Assembly (NCBI GenBank): GCA_963675665.1
Contig: OY776510.1
Location: 416,001 to 480,000, forward strand
Direction of reading: 5' to 3'
Length of the DNA stretch: 64,000 nt
Origin: Spirochaetia bacterium
Lineage (GTDB): Bacteria; Spirochaetota; Spirochaetia; UBA9216
Shown here: positions 49,802 through 58,310 of the stretch, in pieces
How positions within the stretch are numbered: position 1 is the first letter of the stretch
How the letters are laid out: each line of letters starts with the position of its first letter
Made by a program: the position numbers and the translations under genes
The notes under the pieces: model-generated
Databases searched by the model: none
Seen by the model: only the letters and a program-made list of their open reading frames with translations
What the model was told of the DNA's origin: nothing

Positions 49802-51304
49802 ATGACCGACAAAAATGATTTTACCGCTGACAGGAACATCATATTGGCTGTATCCCTTTCAAAAGAAAGGGATATGCTGATTGAATTACTCGCCAACTCT
49901 AATCCGGATTGCAGGGTCTACTGTCCCGAGTCACTATCGGAACTTGATCGGATATCTGAAGAATGTAATATTGACTTGATCATTACCGATCTGGAATTTA
50001 AAAACGGCAGCCTGGTAGACTGGCTGGTCCTGTGGCCATACCCGTTTATCCTTCTGGCAAATCCGAACGGCTGTGAAAAAATCGATACTGTAATGAATGA
50101 TGAAGCAAGTTCTTTTATCATTCGTCGGGAAGATATGGCTCATGTACAGTTTATTCCCAGCATGATCAATAAGGTCCTGAAAATAAAAAAAAGCAGATCC
50201 GTTCAGAATGATTTTCTTAAAACCTCCGAAAAACAGTATATGAACCTTGTTCAGACTCTCCCTGATATAATATATGTTCTGGATAAAGACGGGCACTTCA
50301 CTTTTATAAACAATGCCGTCCGCAGCCTGGGCTGGGAACCGGTCGAACTAATCGGAAAACATTTCTCGGTCCTGCTGTTTCAGGATGATATTTCAAAAGT
50401 CTCAAGAGACATGATTCTGCCCAATCTGCGGGGAAGGGTTACCGGAAACGACAGGGCTCCAAAACTTTTCGACGAACGCAGAACAGGCAGCCGGATGACA
50501 CGGGGTCTGAAATTAAAACTCAAACGAAAACCCACAATAGGGGGAGCAGTTGACGTATCGCTTATTTCTTACGGTGAGGTCTCATCAATAGGATACGACG
50601 GTTTTCAGGAACCGAGTCATCATAAACTTGGAACCGCCGGAATAATCAGGGAAAACAAGAATTCCCATTTCAGCTCCTCACATAAAGAAGCTGAAAGTAT
50701 TTTCGACAGCAAGGGGGCCCTGACTCATGATCAGGTAATGCACCTGATCAATAACAAGCTGCAGATTCTGAACAGCCTGGTTTCTCTTAAACAAAGCATT
50801 TCCAACGAGCCCAAAGCATGTTCGGCTCTTGGAGAAGTCCAGATTCAGGTATATACGCTTTCACTTGTTTATCAGAACATGGTGACGATTGACGACAAGA
50901 TCAAGATAAGAATGGAATCTTATCTTGACGATATCTTAAAACATCTTATTTCATCCTATGCCGGCAACCCGTGGATACAGCAAACCGATCTTCACTGCGA
51001 TCCGATACATCTTGATGAAGATCAGGCAATAACCATATCCCTGTTTGTTAACGAACTGGTAACGTTATTTCTGAAAATTCAGGAATCTTTGAATAACAGC
51101 AGGCTTCCGCTTACAATAACCTTTCTTGTTAACAACGACATAGCTCAGCTGAAAATCAGGGCATCGGAAAAAATCTTCAACGAATACCGCACAATTATGA
51201 AAAACGAAGATTCAAATATCATAATTAAAACACTTGCCGAGATTTTAAAGGGCGAAATTTTCATCGATAAAGATTCAGTCACCCTTTTTTTCAATATTGA
51301 ATAA
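49802..51304 (+). CDS. REC-like + PAS + degenerate HisKA_2/HATPase protein
   Basis: IDLIITD; LPDIIY.LD..G.F.FIN..LGW...ELIGKH PAS; MHLINNKLQILNSL resembles HHRVKNNLQ. Confidence 0.72.
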   Translation: MTDKNDFTADRNIILAVSLSKERDMLIELLANSNPDCRVYCPESLSELDRISEECNIDLIITDLEFKNGSLVDWLVLWPYPFILLANPNGCEKIDTVMNDEASSFIIRREDMAHVQFIPSMINKVLKIKKSRSVQNDFLKTSEKQYMNLVQTLPDIIYVLDKDGHFTFINNAVRSLGWEPVELIGKHFSVLLFQDDISKVSRDMILPNLRGRVTGNDRAPKLFDERRTGSRMTRGLKLKLKRKPTIGGAVDVSLISYGEVSSIGYDGFQEPSHHKLGTAGIIRENKNSHFSSSHKEAESIFDSKGALTHDQVMHLINNKLQILNSLVSLKQSISNEPKACSALGEVQIQVYTLSLVYQNMVTIDDKIKIRMESYLDDILKHLISSYAGNPWIQQTDLHCDPIHLDEDQAITISLFVNELVTLFLKIQESLNNSRLPLTITFLVNNDIAQLKIRASEKIFNEYRTIMKNEDSNIIIKTLAEILKGEIFIDKDSVTLFFNIE

Positions 51305-51335
51305 CAGAAATCTTTACAGTCAAACCCCTGTAAAT

Positions 51336-52712
51336 TTATCCTGTCTTTTTCATTAAAAGTGATGCCGCCGTCAGCAGAGGATCCCATACAGGGCTGAATG
51401 GGGGCGCATAGGCAAGATCACATTCATAAAATTCCTCAATGGTCATTCCCGCCTGAATCGCAACAGCCGCTGCATTGATTCTCCTTGCAACGCCTTCGGT
51501 CCCGACCATTTGTGCTCCCAGAATTTTCCCGGTTGCCTTGTCTGCAATAAAAGACGCATGCAGGGGCGCTGAACCTTCAAATACATGAGCTTTTGATTTG
51601 GCAACAACAGCCTTGTAAACCGGTTCAAACCCGGCATCTTCAGCCTCTTCGAGCGACAAACCCGTACGCGCTATCTCAAGATTAAAGGCTTTGAAAACAC
51701 CGGTTCCGGCTATACCCCTGAACAGCTGCTCATCACCCAGCATATTATCCGCAGCTATGCGACCGCCCCTGTTGGCTGTTAATGCAAGAGGTATCCAGAT
51801 TTTACGGCCGCTGATAATACTGACGTTGTCGGCGCAATCCCCGGCGGCAAAGATGTCCGGATCCGAGGTCCTCATATTCATGTCAATCGCTACGGCCCCT
51901 GACGCTCCGAGTTCTATTCCCGCATCCGAGGCAAGCTCCGATTCCGGTTTAACGCCGATTGCCAGCAGCACCATGTCGCAACCGAACGCCCTGCCGCCGG
52001 CCCGAAGGGTGAGCCTTCCGTCGGCGGAACCGTCAGTATTTTTCTCTATCGATTCAAGATTCAACCCGGGCAGATACTGTACTCCGTTTTCGTCAAGTTC
52101 TTTGCCGACAACCGAAGACAGTTCCGGAAGCATCCACGGTAAAAGCTGCTCGCGCTTTTTTACCATTGTCACCTTAATACCGCGTGCACTCAGTGCTTCG
52201 GCCATCTCCAGCGCGATATATCCCATTCCTACAATAACCGCCGATTTAACGACCCCGGCAGAACCCGGGCTGTCTTCAGCAAGATATTTTTTTATTTTTC
52301 TGGCGTCTTCAAGGGCTTTGAGGACAAAAACTCCGTCCAGGTCTGTTCCCGGAACAGAGGGGATTATTGCCGATGCGCCTGTTGCGATGAGAAGCTTATC
52401 ATAGCCGGAAACAAATTCTTTTCCTGATAAATCGGTACCGTAAACCTTTCCGGCGCTTCTGTCTATTTTTTCTACACAATGGCCCGTGTGCAGTTCGATT
52501 CCCTGTTGATTTATAAATGCGTCTGCTGTCCGGACAACCAGTTTTTCAATTGGATTGTCTTTTGCCGCGATATTGTACGGCATTCCGCATGCGCTGTAGG
52601 AAACATCTTCCGTCTTTTCGTAAACGACTACGTCCGAGTCGGGCTCTCTTCGTTTCAGTCTTGAAGCGGCGCTCATTCCGGCCGCGTCTCCGCCAATAAT
52701 TAAATATCTCAT
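51336..52712 (-). CDS. CoA-disulfide reductase / NADH oxidase family flavoprotein
   Basis: GGDAAG, SYSACG redox Cys, ATG, G.GYIALE, AAGDC, YAPP. Confidence 0.9.
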   Translation of the reverse strand: MRYLIIGGDAAGMSAASRLKRREPDSDVVVYEKTEDVSYSACGMPYNIAAKDNPIEKLVVRTADAFINQQGIELHTGHCVEKIDRSAGKVYGTDLSGKEFVSGYDKLLIATGASAIIPSVPGTDLDGVFVLKALEDARKIKKYLAEDSPGSAGVVKSAVIVGMGYIALEMAEALSARGIKVTMVKKREQLLPWMLPELSSVVGKELDENGVQYLPGLNLESIEKNTDGSADGRLTLRAGGRAFGCDMVLLAIGVKPESELASDAGIELGASGAVAIDMNMRTSDPDIFAAGDCADNVSIISGRKIWIPLALTANRGGRIAADNMLGDEQLFRGIAGTGVFKAFNLEIARTGLSLEEAEDAGFEPVYKAVVAKSKAHVFEGSAPLHASFIADKATGKILGAQMVGTEGVARRINAAAVAIQAGMTIEEFYECDLAYAPPFSPVWDPLLTAASLLMKKTG

Positions 52713-52774
52713 AATATATGGATAGTAATATATTTTGCTGCAACAGTCAAAAGAAAGGACATTAAATTTTAAGA

Positions 52775-54109
52775 TTAATACAGACCGTATTCTTTAATTT
52801 TATTGAACAGGGTTTTACGATCAATACCCAGTTCTTCAGCAGCTTTTATCTTTTTACCTTCCCATCGTGCAAGACTTTCCCGAATCATCTCTTTTTCCAT
52901 GTCCCTCAAGGTTCCGCGGCTTTTTAAAGTATGATGATTTGAAGATGGTTGTTCCAAACCGGAACCGAGAGAAAAATCAGCGGACTGCAGTTCATTTCTT
53001 TCCGACAAAATAAAGGCCCGTTCAATCAGGTTCTCCAATTCACGAATATTTCCCGGAAAGCGATACGCCTTCAGCATGTCCATAGCATCGGAAGAAATCC
53101 CGCTGATTGCCCTTCCCATACGATTATTCATTACGGAGATAAATGTACCGCATAACAGCGGCATGTCTTCAGATCTTTCCCTGAGCGGAGGAAGATGAAT
53201 CCTTACAACATTCAGTCTGTAAAACAGGTCTTCCCGGAATTTTCCAGTCTTTACGTCTTCTTCTATGGGTCTGTTGGTAGCGGCAATTATCCTTACGTCG
53301 AGTTTGATCTGTTTAACCGAACCGAGCCGCTGAACCGAACGCTCCTGTATGGCCCTGAGAAGCTTTACCTGAAGATGAACCGGCATATCGCCGATTTCAT
53401 CCAGAAAAATCGTTCCGCCGGAGGCCGCCTCAAAAAGTCCTGTTTTCATTCTCTCAGCCCCTGTAAAAGCCCCTTTTTCATGCCCGAAAAGTTCACTTTC
53501 AAGAAGGGTTTCAGGAATACTGCCGACATTTACCGGAACAAACGGGCTGTCGGCTCTTTCCGACCTGCCGTGGATAAACCGTGCAAAGACCTCTTTTCCC
53601 GTCCCGCTTTCCCCGGTTATCAGGACATTGGATTGCGTCGGTGCTGCCTTTTCCGCCAGAGTTATTATTCTGTTCATTTCCGAATTGTTACTTTCAAGTT
53701 TAAACCCTCTGCCGCTGAGGTTCCGCAACCGAAAAACTTCCTGCTGAAGCCGTTTTTTTTCACCGGCCTTTATTATCTTTAATTTTAGCTCTTCTGTTTC
53801 AAATGGCTTTGTAAGATAATCTTCTGCACCCAGTTTCATGGCTTCAACTGCATCAGCTACATCACCGTAGGCTGAAATCATTATAACCGGGAGTTTAAGA
53901 TCTTCCTTTTCAAGCCGACGGAGAACTTCCAGCCCGTCCGCTCCCGGCATTTTGAGATCCATAACAAGAACATCAAAAACTTCTTCTGAAAGCAGCCTTA
54001 GTGCCGACAAACCGTTTTCGGCCGTTCTGACCTCGAATCCGTCAATCGTCAGATACTCAACTATTGATTCCCTTATTCCTTTTTCATCATCAGCTATGAG
54101 TACTCTCAT
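52775..54109 (-). CDS. Sigma54-dependent NtrC/ZraR-type response regulator
   Basis: REC domain (DD, D.KMP), GESGTGKE, ESELFGHEKGAFTGA, FLDEI, Fis HTH. Confidence 0.95.
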   Translation of the reverse strand: MRVLIADDEKGIRESIVEYLTIDGFEVRTAENGLSALRLLSEEVFDVLVMDLKMPGADGLEVLRRLEKEDLKLPVIMISAYGDVADAVEAMKLGAEDYLTKPFETEELKLKIIKAGEKKRLQQEVFRLRNLSGRGFKLESNNSEMNRIITLAEKAAPTQSNVLITGESGTGKEVFARFIHGRSERADSPFVPVNVGSIPETLLESELFGHEKGAFTGAERMKTGLFEAASGGTIFLDEIGDMPVHLQVKLLRAIQERSVQRLGSVKQIKLDVRIIAATNRPIEEDVKTGKFREDLFYRLNVVRIHLPPLRERSEDMPLLCGTFISVMNNRMGRAISGISSDAMDMLKAYRFPGNIRELENLIERAFILSERNELQSADFSLGSGLEQPSSNHHTLKSRGTLRDMEKEMIRESLARWEGKKIKAAEELGIDRKTLFNKIKEYGLY

Positions 54110-55380
54110 GTTTCTCTCCGGAAGAAAAGCTCCGCTTCCGCCCCGCCTTCTTTCCTGTTGTTTATTTTTACCGAACCGCCTGCAGCCTCCGTTAAACGCT
54201 TTACAACCGACAGCCCCAAACCCGTACCGCTGTTTTTGGTTGTGAAAAAAGGATCAAACATTCTCCTCAGGGCTTCCTCTGTAAATCCTGCACCGTTATC
54301 CGTCACCGAAAGCAGTATTCCGCGGCTCACTTCTGTAACCGCGATCCCGGCAGCGCCTGCGCTTTCTACGGCATTATTCACAATGTTATCGAGTACGGTT
54401 CGTAATCTTTCCCTGTCGAAATAAATACAAGCCGCAGAATCAGGAATGCTGAATACTATTTCATTACGGCTGCCGTATAATTCAGTAACAAAGCGGCCAA
54501 GATCAATTTTCTCCGGTTTACCAACCGGGTTTCGCAGAAATTCCCCAACCCTGTCGACCAGCAGATTAAGCCTTTTAAGTTCACGATCAATAATATCCAG
54601 ATTTGTTTCGTAACCCGGCGGAAGCTTCTTTACAAGAAGATCACGCTGTATTTTTAATGCACCCAGGGGATTTCTAATCTCATGGGCAAGAGTTCTGGCC
54701 GCCTCGCCAAGCTGAATAAGCTGTCTGTCATGCTCCGTTTTCTCTATCAGCCGTCTGTTGGATCGGTATAAACGAAACAAAAAGAATGCAGCAACAGAAA
54801 AAAGCGTGATAAAAAGAATAATCAGAAGAATAATCAACCGTCGTTCAGAAATATAACCGCTGTTAAGATATTCAATATAGATTCCCACCTGATATTTTCG
54901 AAGCATCGGCGCCAACGGCTGTCGCTGATCCCTGTCATCCCTGAGTTCCTGCAGCCTCCGCTGCATATTGGGCGGCATTCTCTGCATCATTGACTCAGCT
55001 CCGCGTAAAACGGCAGCATCATCCGGCAGTGTTCTTATAACAACTATACTGCGACGACCGGCCATAATCACTTCGTTATTGCGGCCCGCTGCATCAGGCA
55101 GCCGCAAGGGTGCACTCCCGTATCTTTTCAGAGAATTATTATCTGCTCCGTATATTCCGAAACCTGTTATATTTTCATCTATTTGAGAAGGGTCGTTCAG
55201 CTGATCATTTACCTGAAGATCAAGAAGCAGGTCAATAAGCCGGGAGGCCTTGTATTCCAGCATCAGTGCATTATTTGACTGTTTCTGGTCTATAAGCATT
55301 ACAAGAAGAATTATAAAAATAATAAAAACAGCTGAAACCGGAAGCAAAATCACTCCCGGCTTCATTTTAATTGGTTTCAT
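54106..55380 (-). CDS. Membrane sensor histidine kinase (ZraS-like)
   Basis: 2 TM; AHEIRNPL, N box, DNG.G, FDPFFTTK, GTGLGL. Confidence 0.92.
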   Translation of the reverse strand: MKPIKMKPGVILLPVSAVFIIFIILLVMLIDQKQSNNALMLEYKASRLIDLLLDLQVNDQLNDPSQIDENITGFGIYGADNNSLKRYGSAPLRLPDAAGRNNEVIMAGRRSIVVIRTLPDDAAVLRGAESMMQRMPPNMQRRLQELRDDRDQRQPLAPMLRKYQVGIYIEYLNSGYISERRLIILLIILFITLFSVAAFFLFRLYRSNRRLIEKTEHDRQLIQLGEAARTLAHEIRNPLGALKIQRDLLVKKLPPGYETNLDIIDRELKRLNLLVDRVGEFLRNPVGKPEKIDLGRFVTELYGSRNEIVFSIPDSAACIYFDRERLRTVLDNIVNNAVESAGAAGIAVTEVSRGILLSVTDNGAGFTEEALRRMFDPFFTTKNSGTGLGLSVVKRLTEAAGGSVKINNRKEGGAEAELFFRRET

Positions 55381-55427
55381 TCTTTGTTTAAGATACTATA
55401 AACCTGTAATTATTGCCATTAAGAACT

Positions 55428-56000
55428 CTAAAAAGGTCTCTGCCTGCCGTCCGCTTTTCCACCATACATTCGGTTGTCGTCCCGGCTGCTCATTCCGCCC
55501 CGACCGAACATTCCGTCTTTATCGGCCATTCTTCCGAATCCGGTTTCGTTATCCACCCACGGCAGCTGATATGTGGTACCGTCAATTTCTACAGATTCCA
55601 CAAGCAGCTCTATATTTCCTTCAAGCGCCTCAAGATCGAACATCCTTCCCCGCCCCCCGGGCCCTGCCGCAGGTCCGGCATTCCATGGCATGGTCTCTTC
55701 ATCAACAATATAACCTTTAACTGTGATTTTATCTCCTTCGCTGACATAATCATAAAAAGCCATTGCTCCGGGGGCAATCAGAGTATAACTCTTACCGCCG
55801 GCAACCAGTTCCGGAACGGGAGATTCAAACTTTACCGTACCGGTTACCTCTGCCTGCTCAAGGTCTTCAAGATAACTGTTTCTTGCAAGCTCCCTGGGCT
55901 GCAGTTTAACCACACCGTCTTCATCTGCTTCCTGCGCGCCTGTCGCAAATACTGTCGCAGCAGCTGCAGACATGCATAAAATTAAAAATATTTTCTTCAT
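55428..56000 (-). CDS. Secreted accessory protein with Gly/Arg/Met-rich segments
   Basis: Signal peptide MKKIFLILC..VFA; RBS AGGAG; first gene of the sensor/regulator run. Confidence 0.72.
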   Translation of the reverse strand: MKKIFLILCMSAAAATVFATGAQEADEDGVVKLQPRELARNSYLEDLEQAEVTGTVKFESPVPELVAGGKSYTLIAPGAMAFYDYVSEGDKITVKGYIVDEETMPWNAGPAAGPGGRGRMFDLEALEGNIELLVESVEIDGTTYQLPWVDNETGFGRMADKDGMFGRGGMSSRDDNRMYGGKADGRQRPF

Positions 56001-56062
56001 TTTTTGCTCCTATAAAAAGTCAACCACAAGCTAAAAATATAAGCTTATGATCTGGTCGGATA

Positions 56063-57175
56063 TCAACCGACCATTACAGCTTCCCATGCTGCTGCCTGCA
56101 TTTCCCTGTATTCTTTTCTAAAAGCCATTTTCATCGGATCAAACGGCTCTCTGGTTTTTAAAATTGTATATACCAAAGTGCTCATCTTGCGGGCGGCAGC
56201 TATTACACTCTTACCCGAGCCTTTCTGCTTCTTCATCGCTGCATACTTCGTCATTATTCGGTACGTCCCGGTCTTCTTTTGCATACGAACCATTCCCATC
56301 ACCATCTGTACGAAGGCTGTCCTCAGTTCTACAGGCCCACGCTTTGTTATATGTCCATGATGTATTGTCATATTTGAGTTCTGCACCCATGGCACAAGCC
56401 CGGCGTTTGCTGCATATTTCTTCGCACTATCATATCTGCCGATATCGTCTGTATAGGCTCTTACTGTTGCTGCTGTTATTAGACCCACGCCTGGTATTGT
56501 CTGCAGAAGCTCAACATCTTCATCGTCCTCCACAAGCTCAGCCAAAACCTTTTCAAGCTGCTTGACTTGCGATGCCTGATTATCTATCATATCCAGTAAC
56601 GGTATTACCGTTTTGGCAGCGCTTCCGTAAAAGTCGTGGTCCTCGAGACCGTTCAGGATTCGCTGCCTTTCTTTTTTACTCTGCAGCTGTCCGCGTTTGG
56701 TCTCTATTCCATAACCAAGTAATAAGCCATGCACCTGGTTCTTTAACGACACAACAGATTTTACCAGTATCGACCTGGATTTCAGCACCCTTCGAATATC
56801 CTCACTCTCTTGGGAACATAATATCGATTCAGGCAGCATGTCTTTCTCAAGAAACTCCGCCAGGGTGCGTGCATCATGTTTGTCTGTCTTTTTTACAGAT
56901 TCATTCACTACCTTGAATTTCAAAGTATTCACTACAACCACTTCGACTCCAGCCTTTAACAGTTTATTGCGGAAATAACGGGCATTCCCGGTTGTTTCCA
57001 CCGCTGCTCTCAACTCATATTCCTCTTCACAATATTCATCCAGCATTTTCAGAAATGCTCCATAACCATTTCCGCTGGTCGGATACATTCCCAATTGATC
57101 AATTTTTCGGTCTTCACTTAAAAGGCATACTGTAAACTGCGTTTTGTGAAGATCCACGCCAATACTCATCTTCAT
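56063..57175 (-). CDS. IS110-family DEDD recombinase/transposase
   Basis: IGVDLHK, VETT, KTDKHDA (DEDD RuvC); IPGVG, GLVP...S, I.KRG, AARK. Confidence 0.95.
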   Translation of the reverse strand: MKMSIGVDLHKTQFTVCLLSEDRKIDQLGMYPTSGNGYGAFLKMLDEYCEEEYELRAAVETTGNARYFRNKLLKAGVEVVVVNTLKFKVVNESVKKTDKHDARTLAEFLEKDMLPESILCSQESEDIRRVLKSRSILVKSVVSLKNQVHGLLLGYGIETKRGQLQSKKERQRILNGLEDHDFYGSAAKTVIPLLDMIDNQASQVKQLEKVLAELVEDDEDVELLQTIPGVGLITAATVRAYTDDIGRYDSAKKYAANAGLVPWVQNSNMTIHHGHITKRGPVELRTAFVQMVMGMVRMQKKTGTYRIMTKYAAMKKQKGSGKSVIAAARKMSTLVYTILKTREPFDPMKMAFRKEYREMQAAAWEAVMVG

Positions 57176-57210
57176 GTTCTATCTCCAATAGTTTGAAGCA
57201 GTGCCTATAC

Positions 57211-57363
57211 GGTGAATTGTTCCATTCTCCTATCCGGTCTCGCAGACCATTGAATGTTTCGGTTACGGCTCTTCAATCTCCTAAACGGTCTCGCGGACCA
57301 GTAAAAATGTCGAACAGTAACCTTACTGCCTCAATTAAAGTTAAGGCAGTATATCAATTCACC
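57211..57363 (-). ncRNA. Putative bridge RNA (seekRNA) of the IS110 element
   Basis: Outer stem GGTGAATTG/CAATTCACC, 5' hairpin, two repeated internal loops capped by GGTC-YGCGA-GACC whose strands match the target and donor junctions. Confidence 0.75.
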
Positions 57364-57414
57364 AGCTCATGAAGACTTTTTATCATTCCTCCTAAAAAGT
57401 TGTTACTTTTATAA

Positions 57415-57430
57415 AGCAATATGCATACCA
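57415..57430 (-). promoter_or_regulatory. Sigma54 -24/-12 promoter
   Basis: TGGTATGCATATTGCT (GG-N10-GC). Confidence 0.78.
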
Positions 57431-57509
57431 AAAAAATATTGAAAAAGAGGATTTATTGGGTATTTTTTAGAGATTTAACAGTGAATTTAAGGATTTCAAA
57501 ATGCCTCCC

Positions 57510-57552
57510 GGGGCAATTTTCCCCATCATAGAATTCAGAGGATTTTTGCCCC
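57510..57552. promoter_or_regulatory. Paired upstream activator sites for an NtrC-family protein
   Basis: GGGGCAATTTTCCCC and GAGGATTTTTGCCCC, 80-120 bp upstream of the -24 box and separated from it by an AT-rich spacer. Confidence 0.58.
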
Positions 57553-57599
57553 GAAGATTGCAGAACCCGTGCTTAAAAAGCAACAGGCCCGGTGCAGGT

Positions 57600-58043
57600 T
57601 TAAATTACTGATTCAGATTCAACGGTATCCGGTGAAGATGAATATGCAAGCTCTTCATCAGTAATCTCATCAGCTTCTGTATCACCGCCGTTTTCGGTTC
57701 TGAAATCTTCCTTACCGAATGTCGGCCTTTTCTCAATATACTCTGCTACGAGTTTTAACCTTGATCTCGGATTTCCTTCCCTGTCTTCCCAGCGGTCCTG
57801 TTTTAATCTTCCTACTATACGGACTCCCTTGCCTTTGGAGAAATTGTTCTCACTGTAGGTTGCAAGCCTCGTCCATGCTTCAATATCCAGAAACGTCACT
57901 TCTTTCTGGTATTCATCATCCTGTTTATAATAACGGTTTGATGCCACGGTAAAGTTACAAACCTTCGTACCTTTAGGCGTTTCACTTAGAATCGGATCTC
58001 TGACAAGATTTCCTTCAATTATTACTGAGTTAACAGAATTCAT
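57600..58043 (-). CDS. ssb: Single-stranded DNA-binding protein
   Basis: N.V.IEGNLVRDP, F.VASNR, F.D..AW, KG..V..VGRL.QDRW. Confidence 0.92.
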   Translation of the reverse strand: MNSVNSVIIEGNLVRDPILSETPKGTKVCNFTVASNRYYKQDDEYQKEVTFLDIEAWTRLATYSENNFSKGKGVRIVGRLKQDRWEDREGNPRSRLKLVAEYIEKRPTFGKEDFRTENGGDTEADEITDEELAYSSSPDTVESESVI

Positions 58044-58310
58044 TTTAATACCTCTTTAGTTTTCTCTGTCCCGGAACTGTTTATATATAAGGAATAATCT
58101 TCTTTTTTCCTGATGCTTTAATAAATCAGACACTTCATGTTGCAAATTTTGCACCGATAACCTGCTTGATCGTTGCCGTTTCATGGATTATGATGAGATA
58201 AACGCGTGCTTCCACGTACACGTTTCTCTTGAAGTTTGCATCGCAGCGCTTTTCAAATTTCAATATGTTAACTCACCGTCCAGGGTGAGCCTCTAATGAA
58301 GGAGAAAGAA

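Larger units (their letters stand above)
56009..57390 (-). mobile_element. IS110-family insertion sequence (about 1.38 kb)
   Basis: No terminal IRs; CTCCTA shared at both junctions (56007-56012, 57389-57394); excision rejoins a sigma54 promoter to the RBS of the 55428-56000 gene. Confidence 0.85.

Noticed and set aside
58195-58310. T-box riboswitch or attenuator peptide before ilvE
   Set aside because: No GGTGGNACCGCG T-box, no terminator U-tract and no run of Ile/Leu/Val codons.
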